64,000 bases of DNA, taken from NCBI RefSeq assembly GCF_006345805.1, contig NC_043001.1, forward strand, positions 26,598,001 to 26,662,000, read 5' to 3'. Below, one piece after another: positions 24,545 to 37,159 of the stretch. Both the position numbers and the translations under genes were made by a program. Each line of letters opens with the position of its first letter. Within the stretch, counting starts at the first letter, position 1. The notes below the pieces were generated by a model that worked only from the letters and a program-made list of their open reading frames with translations, had not been told where the DNA came from and did not search any database. The stretch comes from Octopus sinensis. Its lineage: Eukaryota.

Positions 24545-25059
24545 AATACAGCAACATAATATCACAGGCAATGTGTCATTGTTACATCAAAATATGACAG
24601 CCTGAAAATAATTGGAGAAATGATAACAGAACTGTGCAAAAAAAAAGGAAAAAAAGAAAAGTTAACTAATATATAATTGTAAGAACAAATTAAAACATTT
24701 CCTTTTACTCAACTGACTTACTAGATAAATATAGATAAGTTAATAAATATAATACTTTCAGGAAATGAATTGTTTCAGTTAGGATCTCAATAATTATCAC
24801 GAAAAGATATTATAAAAAGGAATTAATGTATCTAGCTATGAACTAATGCAGCCCAAAAGATTTTCTCAGTAACACTTGTCTTTTTCTCTAAACAATTCAA
24901 TTAACCACTAAAGGGGTTTGAAAATTATATCAGCTATGTGTTTACTGTATTCAATATGGTTGATGAAAAGCATTTAGCTTTTGCATGGTTTCTATCATCC
25001 CTCCTCCCATTTTCTTCATATGACCATATTTTGACATAAATAAAAATGAAAAGCAATAT

Positions 25060-25670
25060 CTATTATATAAAATCTGTTCTGTCTGTCTGTGTGTCTTCTA
25101 TGATCTCAGGCATCCTCTATCTGATTGCGCTCAAATTTGATATGTAAATACCGATGGAATCAGGGCGTGTATAAATCTTGAAAAAATTACAAAAATCGAT
25201 TCCAGGTGAGAATCATCATCATCGTTTAACGTCTGTTCTCCATGCTAGCATGGGTTGGACGGTTTGACCGGGGATCTGGGAAGCCAGAAGGCTGCACCAG
25301 GCTCCATCTGATCTGGCAGTGTTTCTACAGCTGGATGCCCTTCCTAATGCCAACCACTCCGTGAGTGTAGTGGGTGCTTTTTACGTGCCAGGCGAGGCTG
25401 GCAATGGCCACGATCGGATTGGTGCTTTTTACGTGCCAAAGCCATGGGAATGTGCATTTGTAAAATCGTTTTTCTTGGAATAGAAAAAAAGTCTATCTTT
25501 ATTTCTTCTTTTGCTGGTGTCTCAAATTTAGGTTAAATCAGTGTTTCTCAAAGAGGAGGCCTATGGGACGGTCGGACAAGTTGTTTTGAGAAAATGTGGT
25601 TTAAATGTTTGACAACTCAGCACTGTCCATTGGACGGGGGGATCGTTTTGCTCATCTGAGATATAACGGT
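25060..25670 (+). mobile_element. Helitron-like non-autonomous repeat interrupted by an RTE tail (25213-25440)
   Basis: Start atctattatataaaatctgttctgtctgtctgtgtg resembles other Helitron 5' ends here. 3' end not identified. Confidence 0.5.
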
Positions 25671-27262
25671 ACTGTATTTCAAACCTTACTATTTGTCTGT
25701 CTTGTAGTTTAACGGTAATATATGTAATTTTATTGTTGTTATTCTTTTACACAAAGTCAGATCTAGACGGGCCTATGATGAAAAATAGGTTCACTCGGAT
25801 AGAAACTATACACTGCTTCAATCAATAACATCCATTATTTCAAAACAAGAACACAGAAACTAGTTAGGTAGTAACGATTAGATATCAACAAGCATTCCAT
25901 TAGTTTCAAAAGTGAGGATTTAAGATAGTTTGAGCCTAAAATATCCAAAGGTTTAGTCACATCTACTTTGAGGGAGAATAAGAAATGTTTGTGAACACAC
26001 ACAATGGACAATAAAAGAAATTACCCGTTATATTATGTTTGTTTTCCTTCATTATATGTTTGTCTTTTTAATCGTTAGAGGTACACCACCAATTTTCTGG
26101 CAACTGATGGTCCCCTACCTCCATCAATCAGCGTAAATTACAAGGGAGAACTTGAAATACTTGTAGCCACAAGTAAAGCCCATTGTATGACCATAGGTGG
26201 CATTGTGTGTAGTGTGCATTTACATACATTATTTACACGGCATTTCTTAGAGGCATTACTAAAATGTTGAGATCCTCTGCTTATTTAGCTGAAAGTTACC
26301 CTAACTATGGCAACTACATATAAGAGAACAGAGTGTTAGTGTTCACTAGGAGTCAGATAATATCTCAGACATAATAGACTTTGCAAAATGTTAGAGACAT
26401 AAGGTAGGAATTTGGTGGAGAGGGATTTATCAATTAAACTGACCTGAGTAAAATGTTGAAATTTATTTTATTGACCTCCAGAAGGATGAAAATCAACATC
26501 AACTTGAGTGGAATTTGAACTCAGAATACAAAAGGCTGTGACTAAATGGCATTAAGATATTTTGTTCAATGCTCTAAAGATTCTGCTAATCAACCATATG
26601 TTAGAGATGGATTTTTTTTTTGTTAATTTTCATACAATTTCTCTTACAAATTTTACCTGCTTGAACATGGAACCAATGAGAGAGAAAAGATCATATAGAG
26701 ACAATGAACTTCGTCAACATTGACAATAATAGACCAGCAGAGAAAACAATTATAATAAGGATGGAGACAGTTTGCACCTATTATAATGCAAATCACTCAT
26801 CTCTTAATCCCTAAGCCATCTCTGTTGTACAGGCTACACTATATTCAGCTTCCTTCTGAAAGGTGATGCCTGCATTATGGAGAATTCAGTTTCTCTACAA
26901 CTCATTTCTCTTACTTGTACATTATCAACAAAACTTCCTGTTAGTCTGGCAGATGGTATTTCTTCCCCATTGGTCTAGGTTTGTTTATTGTCCATCTATT
27001 TATCAGCATTGAGAACATCTAGCTCAACTCCACCCTTATCTGTTATGACATCAATTCCCTCACACTAAAACCTCTTCTTAATCAAGACAACCAGCATCAT
27101 TATCTCCTTATGGCAAAACAAGCCCTACCTCCAAAATGCTCTGGCATTTCATATCCTCAAACAGATTGCGTCTCTGCCAATAATATGCTATCTTTTATGA
27201 CATCTATGCTTTCAAACCTAACCCATCCCAGACAGTTAAGCATGTTACCAGTATATCCCTCT

Positions 27263-27530
27263 ATCATCATCATCATCATCGTTTAACATCCGTTTTCCGC
27301 ACTAGCACGGGTTGGATGGTTCGACCGGGGTCTGGGAAGCCAGGGGCTGCTCCAGGCTCCAGTCTGATCTGGCAGAGTTTCTACGGCTGGATGCCCTTCC
27401 TAACGCCAACCACTCCGCAAGTGTAGTGGGTGCTTTTTACGTGCCACCTGCACAGGTGCCAGGGGGGGGTCCGGCATCGGCCACGATTGGTTGGAGCTTT
27501 TAACGTGCCAGCGGCACGGAAGCCAGCCAA
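27263..27530 (-). mobile_element. RTE LINE 3' tail
   Basis: (CAT)n plus the conserved terminal motif. Confidence 0.85.
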
Positions 27531-28116
27531 GTAATTTAATTCAATGCTGCACAAATAAAGAACACAGCTTAAAACAGTTATACCTTACCATCAACTAGAA
27601 GGCATCACACACCAATACGATGTCTGCATGACAACCATCAAGACAGCGAAAGATGTTTTCATGAATCACACACTCACTCCAACTCTGGTGAATGCCAAGG
27701 GTTCAGTTATGTCTATCACACTCTTATGTTCATAAATAACCTTATTATTGTTACTTCTAACCACATACAGCCCTGCATGTATGATACCACCAAGGAGAAC
27801 ATGATATCACAGTTTCCTTTAATAATATAAAGAGACAATCATCATCATTTTCATCTATACTGTTTCACTGGTATGGATTAGATGGATGGATGCTCTTCCT
27901 GTCACCAACCTTTGTTTTCATATAAGGGACTTTATTTCACTAGTCTTTGCATGTCACTCTGCCAGATATGAACATCATTACTGCCCAAACAGTATCAATG
28001 CAAAGGTACATGGAGACAAACAGGCTTTCATACAATTACTGTCCACTAAATTTCACTTATGGGGTATTGGTCAACCTGAGGCTTTAGTAGAATTTACTTG
28101 CCGAAGCAGATGTAAA

Positions 28117-28745
28117 GTTCGACTGTGGCTTTGAAGATTTTAAGTTTGAAATCTCTACTTAGATTTGATGACCAGATCTTATGCATATCATTACAGGCTG
28201 ACCAGGCCATACCCTTTCTAGTTAGAAAATCATTTTCAGATGATGATATGTATGACCCAAGATATTTGTAATCAGAAACCACATTTAAAGGTGTATTGTT
28301 AAGAGTATGGATGATGAAATCACTGTTGGACAGGCACTTGTTTACATATTCAATTCTACTATATGGCTCAGAAACCTGGACGTTATCAAAGAAGCTTGAG
28401 GTGGTGGATGGAACTTACACTCGCCTCCTTATGAGAGCTCAAAATCTCTCGTGGAAGTGCCATTCAACCAAAGTACAAATATATGGGAAACTACCACCTG
28501 TATCATCTCTTGTGAAAGGTAGAAGAGTCCAGTTTTCTGGACATTGTTGTAGAGCTGAAAACGAGGTAATTTCTACTCTTCTCCTCTGGAAGCCATCTGC
28601 TGGTGATACCAGAGGGCGCACACTCTCCTACCCTGATGATACAGGCATCTAGCAACTGGACCTCCATAATGCTATGATGGACCGAGAAGTCTGGCGTAAC
28701 ATTAAATCCCATTGTCTCAACCACAGTCGAACAATGATGATGATG
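28117..28745 (+). mobile_element. Second RTE-type LINE family, 5'-inverted copy with 11-bp TSD
   Basis: Inverted segment about 28117-28351 (EYVNK..YKYLGSYISS..KIFKATVE). Sense segment 28351-28745 (ILLYGSETW..STTVEQ, then (TGA)n). TSD agatgtaaagt at 28108 and 28746. Confidence 0.92.
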
Positions 28746-28789
28746 AGATGTAAAGTGAACTTCTTAATGACACTACCTCTTCAATTACA

Positions 28790-29240
28790 ATACATTTTAG
28801 GGAAGCACTTCGATTTTCCTTGACATGTACAACACACAAGCCCTAAAACTAATGACATGCTACTAGCCACTATTACTGATTATCTTTCATTGTAACTTCA
28901 CATACATAGTATTTGCAAAAGCTACATCCCAAAGACTAGGCTTCCTCCTGAAAGCCAGAAAATACTCCAGCTCTGATCAATTGCCAACATTCTACAAATC
29001 TCACAATAGAGTACTACTAGTGTTGCTACTCTCACAAACATGCTAGACTGCATGCATAATAGATCACTTGGTTGACTGGCAACAACTTAACATGTTACAA
29101 TCTTTAGATCAATGACACATTTCATTATCTCTTCTACTGCTACTTCCACAGTCTATGTTCCTAGATTGCTTCTAGATTGCTTCTGCTCTAGTCCACCTGA
29201 AGCACCTGGAAGAAATTCCAAAATGTTAGACTTCTTGAGA
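28790..29240 (+). mobile_element. Decayed CR1/L2-like LINE fragment
   Basis: Reads AKATSQRLGFLLKARKYSSSDQLPTFYKS, like the CR1-type ORF2 C-terminal motif. Confidence 0.55.
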
Positions 29241-30564
29241 GGACTGATTAAGAAAAATATTCATTGTGGAGTCTGAGAATGAGACAATAAAAAAGATAAG
29301 TAGGTGCTTCAGAAACATTTCTCATGGCACCAGTACACAATTCACATATACAAATAGCCAAGATGAAATCACACCATAGATTATATATATCACTACAAAT
29401 GTAGTCTATAAATTAATAAATTCAGAACACTGATGACTCACTTTCTTGTACTGAAATATAACCCAGTTCATTTCACCAACAGGAACAGTATTATTGAACT
29501 AACTTATTTATACCCAATCCCTCATGGTCTCATTAGATAATGGCATTACTTTCAAAGTTCAAACAATGATTAGAATATTTAATGGCTTATGAGGCACACC
29601 TTTTTATTCCCTCTGAAAAAGCATCACAGAAAATCAGCCTCTACCTTATAAACACAAGGTGAAGGTTTAGTGGTGGCGCAAGAAAAAGTGCGCTAAAACG
29701 GAGGTACATCTTATACAAACATTGCATTCATGGTGTTAGAATTCATTAAAGCAGGAAGTGCATATGAAATAAGCATAACTGAAGAATGAGAGTAAACAGG
29801 AAGACACAAGCACAGTTTTTGTTGACTGTGCACAAGCATTTGTAGGTCAAACTAGTTGCAGAGTTTTAAAATTTACATTATTCTTGTTTCTTTAACCCGT
29901 TTACAGAGGAAATCAGATATAGCCACTTGAAATTTCATTACCCTTAATTGCAGAAAGCAGTTTTATATACCAATCAATCTTTGGCTGAGGAATGTCATGT
30001 TTGAAACTATTTTTTTTTTTACTGAGATATATCAAGTTTATCAAAGCAATATGACTTGCAGAAAATACCAATTCTAGTTTTTGGTAGATATTTAAGATTG
30101 TCACTGGAATAACAATGGAATTTAATTTTGCAGTTAAAGGATTAATTTATGTTGCCATAAAACAATAGCTTAGTCATTCAGAAAATGCCTCTTAATTCAT
30201 ATAGACTGAAAAAAATTTGCACATTAACATCTAATTTCATAGTAACACAATATAATAAATTTTTAAACATATTTTACAGTATACCAAAATATTTAGTAAA
30301 TATGCAAACCTTGCCTACCCACCCCATTCATCATCTCTCATCCTTTGTCTGTAGCTACATAATTATTTTACTGCCAGTCATCATCACTTCTCCCCGAAGC
30401 CTCTTCTATTGACAATCATCTGTACTGCCAATCATCACCTCCTCTCTCCCAAGCCACTTCTATTGACATTTTTCCTCATTTTTATCACTTTTTTTCCCAA
30501 TTAATATTTACCATTGACTACGCTTCCACCCTTTTTCACTATTCATCTATACCCCCATCACTCA

Positions 30565-30770
30565 CTCTTACACACAGAGGGGACAAACAAGGACAGACAA
30601 ACGGATTAAATTGACTATATCAACCCCAGTGTGAAACTGGCACTTATTTAATCGACCCTGAAAGGATGAAAGCCAAAATTGACCTCGGCGGAATTTGAAC
30701 TTAGACCGTAACAGCAGACGAAATACTGCTAAGCATTCCATCTGGCGTGCTAACTTTTCTGCCAGCTCAC
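30565..30770 (-). mobile_element. SINE family C
   Basis: Homologous to the 8523 copy. Confidence 0.85.
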
Positions 30771-31469
30771 CATCACTCACTCTTCTACCACACTTGAAAC
30801 CTTTACTCACCCTTCCTGATCTTCCGTGCCCACTCTTCTATTCACTATGTATCTTGAAAGTAAGCTCTGACACCACATCATTACTATATCTCTTTTTCCA
30901 GTTCCCCACCAATTATTCCCATCTACCCTTAAATAACTCAGAGGGCAGGAAATAGCCAAGTATCTATAGTCACAAACTTGTTCCTGTCCCTTTATTATAC
31001 ATTAATTGTTTAGCACCTAGGATAAAGCCACCTCCCTCTCTACTATATTCCCACCCAGTTGAGGGTGTTTTCTAGTCTTGTGAGTAACATGGCAATCCCA
31101 CTAGTGCTGGTGCCATGAAAAAAGCACCCCACATTCACTGTAAAGTGGTTGGCATTATAAAGGCTATCCAGTTGTAGAAATAGTATTGATATAAATGCCA
31201 TTGGATCTACCTCAGGAATTTTTCCGTGTTTGTCGAGTATATAACGAATGAAACAGAAAAAGGAATTCGTGAGATTCTTTATTAATCCCAATGATCATTT
31301 CAACCCATCTTGCAGCAATTCCTCACAGGTGAGATACTGTAAAACTGGTTAGGATGCATCCTTCAGTGCAGATGTGTCTCGTCGAGTGACTTTTCAAACG
31401 ATACCTCGTTCAATAAAGTCAGTTTCTAAAGGGGTGGGGAGAGGGCATTGAAAAAAACGATGTGAAAAT

Positions 31470-31690
31470 GCCTCGCTCTAACAATTTTGAAGATAGCACC
31501 CTGAGAAAATACACAAAACATTGAAAGACTTTGGAGAGACATAAAAGAATCGATCAAAAAGCCATGAATTCGATCAAAACATCTGCAACAATATCTTGAA
31601 AGATATTTATAAATTCTCAACATGAAGGAAGTGTGTTGCACAAGTTCTTCATAGAGGCAGCCAAGTTGTACCTTCATCTCCCGAAATGTT
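31470..31690 (+). pseudogene. Merlin (IS1595/ISXO2-like DDE) transposase remnant
   Basis: ENTQNIERLWRDIKESIKKP*IRSKHLQQYLERYL.. and LHKFFIEAAKLY match the Merlin C-terminal HTQxIExLW motif; stops and frameshift present. Confidence 0.6.
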
Positions 31691-31859
31691 GCCGTCAAAT
31701 AACTACCAATCAAGACATGTACATGTACATTTATGTTTGCACAAATCTTTTTCCTATTCGTGTTCTATGTTTTTTTTTTTTTTTACATCTATTAGACTGG
31801 TTTCTTTTTTTGGTTTTTTTTTTTCGTTTTGGTGACCGGGCGCTAAACTAGATCTTGAA

Positions 31860-32262
31860 AGTTGAGGGAGAAAAAAACGGATCGTGTGAACTTTCCGACA
31901 GTCCTCTCCCCATCCCTTCGGAAAACATTTTCCCCACAAATTTCTTTATAATCATACTCTACGCTGTTTGAGAGGTGCTTCTGTAAAATTTCATCAAAAG
32001 TATCCATTTTCCTAAAAGTTATGATGAAAAAAAAAAAAAAAAAACCGGATTGTACGAATTTTCCGAAATCCTCTCCCCACCCCTTCAGAAAACATTTTCC
32101 CCCAGAAATTTGTTTATAATCCTAATTTGTGCCATTCAAACGGTATTTCTATAAAATTTCATCAATATATATATATATATATATATATATATCCATTTCT
32201 CTGAGGGAAAAATCGGATCTTGTGAAATTTCCGAAAGTCCTCTCCCCACACACCGCTAGAAA
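31860..32262. repeat. Tandem repeat, about 2.3 units of ~175-180 bp
   Basis: cggat..tg.gaa.tttccga.agtcctctcccca recurs at about 31868, 32046 and 32214. Confidence 0.75.
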
Positions 32263-32269
32263 AAAATCC

Positions 32270-32657
32270 CATTTTCCGTAGCGATGTCGTATGAAATTGT
32301 CACCCATAATTATAACCCTAGTATCGATCTATTGCATTTCAATCTATTTTAGGGTTAAGTTGAGGGGTGGTGGAAGGGTATCTTTTTTTTCTTTGCAAAT
32401 GTAAATAAACCCTATCTGTTTCTTAAACGAGGGGCATATTCATACAGCACGGAATGTTTTCACTCCAAATGGACGCATTTGATTGGTTAAAATTGCCGAA
32501 ATGCTCGATTTTAAAGTGGAAATATGTTACAAACTATAGAATTTTCTCAATAAAGCTATGAAAAAATGAGTTTTTATAAACACATTCTACCAGTATACGA
32601 AGTTTAAAAGTTAACTAGAAATTGTGTTGAAAACTGCCGTTCAAAAGGAAAAGATCC
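32270..32657. mobile_element. MITE family G, left TIR missing
   Basis: Body homologous to 42321-42732; right end ccgttcaaaaggaaaagatcc. Confidence 0.8.
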
Positions 32658-33147
32658 GAAAAACTTAGTGGTTATTGACACTTCAAGTTAAATCAAATTT
32701 GCGATAATAATCCACAACGAAAGCATAAAAACACGAACAAAACGTTCTACAAACATTGAGATGGATGATTAAAAAAAAACACGTCTTTAGGTGTTGGCAA
32801 AAGAAGATAGTTTGGAGATATTTTTAAACACCCGAGATCACAAGATTATTGCACTGAACCGCCAACTCATTGTTTCTAATCTATTAGGATGACTGCTAAT
32901 CTGACGTATTATTTTTCGCCTTTAAAGATTAGTAAAACATTATCCTTTGCTGAGCAGATGCTGTTGCTTTCGTCACTACTCTCATGACTAATTCTCATGA
33001 TAAACAGGCTTTATGGTATCCGAGAGGCCATGTGACATTGCGTATAACATTAATGTAAACTTCTAACAATAGAGAAAAGTTGAAAGAACTATAATATGAA
33101 AAAAAAAAACCATGAAGATTTATTCATCCTTATTGTTTTATCAGTCA

Positions 33148-33541
33148 CTAGCAGTATAGCCCGGCGTTGCTCGGGTTTGTAAGGGAAATAACTATATAAG
33201 CATTTTTAGAGATGTAAAGTATAATAGCCATCTCAATATGGCTAACCACAAGGGGGGGGGGTATTACTGTAGCTTTTTACGTTCTGAGATTTAATAAATT
33301 TTTAGAGAGTTACTTCCCTTATATATGCCAAAAATGCATTAAAAATGGGAAAAATTGATGGTAATTTTTTTTTTAATCGTAGACTCATCGTGGACGCGCG
33401 CTAATACCCAGAATGGCTCGATATGAATCACGACTATAAGATACCCGGTTTTGGTTAAACTGCACCGCAAAATGTGGGAGTAGTTAGGAATCTAAATCGT
33501 AGGAGACAGACGGCACACAACCTCACTTTTATATATAAAGA
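33148..33541 (-). mobile_element. Non-autonomous Helitron
   Basis: On the minus strand: A|TC start, 3' hairpin cccgagcaacgccggg, CTAG|T end. Confidence 0.85.
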
Positions 33542-33885
33542 TTACCGAAACGTTCTTTTGTTATTGCTACTTAGAGCAGCTCAAACACCAGCTATTGCCT
33601 TCGCAGTGTTTACCTAGTTAACACAATTTAGAGTTAATTGTCAGAAGAGAAGTAAAAGATGTTATCATTCCACGAACTTGTGTTTATCGAATGACTGATT
33701 GAAGTTCAGATACTAACACCTAATGAACATGAAACAAAGGGAACGAGTATAAGTTTCTCTGCTCGAAAATAACTCATAAATTTAATGTAATAACAATGAA
33801 CGGCTACTCAATTTATCACTTCTTGTTAAAATGCCTTTAAATATTATTTATCCCTTATCTATTTTTTTTTTAAATACCGAAACAA

Positions 33886-34148
33886 TCACGGTGATATGTT
33901 TTGTTGCATTTGAACAGAGACCTTCTCCGTAGTGAGTGGTGCCTGAAAATTTCTTAAGTCAGGCATAAACATCTCGAAAATATTCTTCAATGGGGATGGC
34001 ATACGAATTTCTTCTCTCTTCAACAACACAAAGACAATCAGTACACACAAAGAAAACATTATCCATCGCCATCCCAGCTCGTAACTAGATGGCCACAAAT
34101 ACTCAGTGTCATCTTCACAAAGGATCTCTCCTGGCGAACACACATTCT
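33886..34148 (-). CDS. Unassigned candidate exon encoding a Cys-containing segment, TM helix and tail (NVCSPGEILCEDD..WRWIMFSLCVLIVFVLLKREE..)
   Basis: About 87 open codons after acceptor ctttgctgtatag; hydrophobic stretch followed by KR. No homology recognised. Confidence 0.3.
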
Positions 34149-34364
34149 CTATACAGCAAAGAGTATATCTTAAAAGTCACTATTCTTTAGGGGCGGAAAA
34201 ATACTTCAGACCCTAAACAACTATAAACTGACTCTTCGAAGTCAAAGGTGAGATCTACAAGTGTACTACTCTCGAATTGAGGCTGAGTTGCTGCTATATA
34301 CAGGCATCCTAGACCTGTATATATTAAATATATATCTTTATATATTATATATTTTAAAAATCCA

Positions 34365-34745
34365 AGGCGAAGACGTGGCTGTGAAGTAAGTTTGCTTCCC
34401 AACCACAAGTTTCCTGGTTCAGTACCACTGAATGGCACCTCGGGCAAGTGTCTTCAACTATAGCCTCGGGTTGACTAAAGCCTGGAGAGTGGATTTGGTT
34501 CACGGAGACTGAAAGAAGCCTGGCGTGTGTGAATGCTTCTCCCCCCACGCACCGCTTGACAACCGGTGTTTGTGTGTTAACGTCCCCGTAACTTAGAGGT
34601 TCAACAAAAGGAAACTGACAGAATAAGTGCCAAACTTTAAAAAAAAATTACTGGGAGGGATCGAATCATTCGACTAAAAGTTCTTCAAGGCGGTGCTCCA
34701 GCATGGTTGTAGTCAAATGACTGAAACGAGTAAAAGGTAAAGAGA
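34365..34745 (+). mobile_element. SINE family A variant
   Basis: Family A head and 3' end. Confidence 0.85.
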
Positions 34746-36457
34746 TAAGTGATTGGTATATAATGGTTCGCCAGCCGACTTCAACCTCTGGCTTATGGAC
34801 ATGTCTCCTCTGTCTGCCTTTCTGACTAACTACAACAGCGGCCGCTATTCTTCAAAGCTCGATGGTGGTTATTATCATGTCATCTCCGTATATAGATTCT
34901 GGATTAACCGATAATCTCCGCTGCTCTTTTCACTAATATCGTATTGGCGAATTCACCAACCATTACGCGAAGTCATTCGTTCATAGAATATCATCCATCG
35001 CCCTCTCAAATCCTCTCCTTGCCTGTGTTTTTTTCAACCATCAATTTGGAACTGTTCAAAAAACATTAACCGTAATGAACTGATGAGTCTAGGAAAGCCT
35101 GTTAATGCCAACGGGACGGCCAAGTAAAAGAAAAAGTGATACAAAAAAAATCCACACATGTGACGAGATATGAACTCAAAACTTATGAACCAAGAAGCAG
35201 ACATTTATTCAACACTTAAATCGAATGTCAAAAGGGGGGCAGTTTCTTCTATATTCAGCATTACAATCTCACAACTAGTATCTAAGTTCGGGTCAACCTG
35301 TAACGCCGAGTGTTACACACAAGTAGGACCAAAGCAATTGTCAACTGTTTTGACAACCTTATTGCCAAAAAGTATACCACTTCCGCTTTGTATATTAAAT
35401 TTTGATATTTCGTTTTACTGTCCAAAGTTGAAGAGAATTAAAAAGGCAATGATCTTGGACCCTGTTATCTCTTTAAAAGGAAGAGAGAAAAAATAACTTG
35501 AATATAGGAGAAAAACATACGCTAGCATCATTACGTACTAAAATGAGTATATAGAATAAAAAAATTTTTAAATACTTTTTAAAGAGAATATATATATATA
35601 TATATATATAAAACGACAAATTAGAAAATGAAAATAAAACGCATATTTCTAAAAGAGTGGATAGACTTTTCTATATTGGAATTGGGGGGTAATTTTTTGT
35701 GGATAATGTAGGGTTTTTTTTTTTTGTATTACAACAAGCTGACATCATTTAATGAAGAAGCGGTGAAAGGTAAGAGAAATAATTCACGGTGAAAGAAAAG
35801 TCCAAGTTCTCATGAGATAAAACAACATTATAAAAGGTCTAAAAGTGAGGATAATTAAAAGAATGTTACAATTATTTAAAAAAAAAAAAACCAAATTATC
35901 TTGATATTTCATTAAAAATAAAAAGATAAAGTAATAGATAACTTCAACCATAGGTGAGAATAAAATCAGCTGTTCTCTATCACTGGTATACGAAAGTTAA
36001 AATGTTAAATAACAGACAATATCTAGGATTGATTACATTATCCGATGTATTATACTTTTATCGAGAGAAACCTGACTGCTATTTCTAGCAGAATAAGCGA
36101 GAACGTATTTAGAGGTTCCCTAGTTGGCTTGTTCAATTATTTTGCTGAAAACTTGAAAAAAATTGTAATGTTAAAAACGGGGTAGGAGAAAAGTTTGTTT
36201 CTTCTTTGTTAAACAAAATTTGAGTATGAAAACTGTTACTCCTATTTTTAATACTTTGTTGCTAAATCGTGAGCAAAAAGGAGAAAGCAAAGAAATCCTG
36301 TACAAGTATTAATTATACAATATATTTTTACAGCTAATAATAGTTTGTTGATTGCAACGAACAAGTATTTTCGTTGTCAGCCAGAAAATATTGTTGAATA
36401 GTAAATAGCAATATAAAGGAGTAACAATATAAGGTCCTGAAATAAATGTATACTTAC

Positions 36458-36497
36458 AGCAAATGATACACAAAAGTGAGAGTGTACGGACACTCAT
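36458..36497 (-). CDS. HGSNAT: HGSNAT-like exon 1, coding part (MSVRTLSLLCIIC, signal peptide)
   Basis: ATG, 13 codons plus 1 nt, donor T|gtaagtat. Phase 1 joins exon 2 to give MSVRTLSLLCIICCQCIFA. CpG-richer context with promoter motifs just upstream. Confidence 0.75.
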
Positions 36498-36635
36498 GCT
36501 GTCTGAGAACTTTCACCTCAGCGTACCAGGAAGGAGATTGTTTGAAAAAAACCACAGCACAGCTATCAACAAGGTAAAGAACTATGACAAGGGCGTCGAC
36601 ACGTATTTCGAAGTATACGATGATAGCTTCCTCTG

Positions 36636-36674
36636 TCTCGTGAGATAGCCGGAAGTAAACAAACAAGTCACATG
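36636..36674 (-). promoter_or_regulatory. Probable HGSNAT core-promoter motifs
   Basis: ETS site CCGGAAGT 36649-36656, CLEAR/M-box-like GTCACATG 36667-36674, TCTCGTGAGA 36636-36645; all 140-180 bp upstream of the ATG. Confidence 0.5.
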
Positions 36675-37159
36675 TTTGTTATATGATATAGGACAAACCA
36701 GCGCGGGAACTATATTATATGGTCATCAATCCGTTTGAAATAGCAATCTGATTATACTCAAATCATGGGTTTGCTACATCGGAAATGGAGAGGTTAAACA
36801 ACTACAGTAGGTTGGGGTTTTCAGTTTGGTTTTTTTTTTACATTAAAAAGTAGACAGCGTAGGATAATAGTTATATTTTGTTTTGCTTTGTGTTTACTAT
36901 TTTGGGTTTATTGGGTACAAGGTCTCTATTTCCGCCATATTTTTTTGTACTTTTTTGTTATCTCACCCCCACCCCCATTAAAAAATTGGATTATCTCCCC
37001 CAACCAAAAAAATTGTTTAACCCTCAATGAAACAAAAAGAAAAGGAAAAAAAATTAATAAACATGAAACGCAAAAAAATTAAACATCTTATTGAATTTGA
37101 TAATATTTTTATAACAAATCATACAAAACAAAAAAAATTAATGAACATGAAAACTGAAA

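Noticed and set aside
35170-35496. 108-aa plus-strand ORF antisense to HGSNAT intron 1
   Set aside because: No recognisable motif or supporting splice structure.
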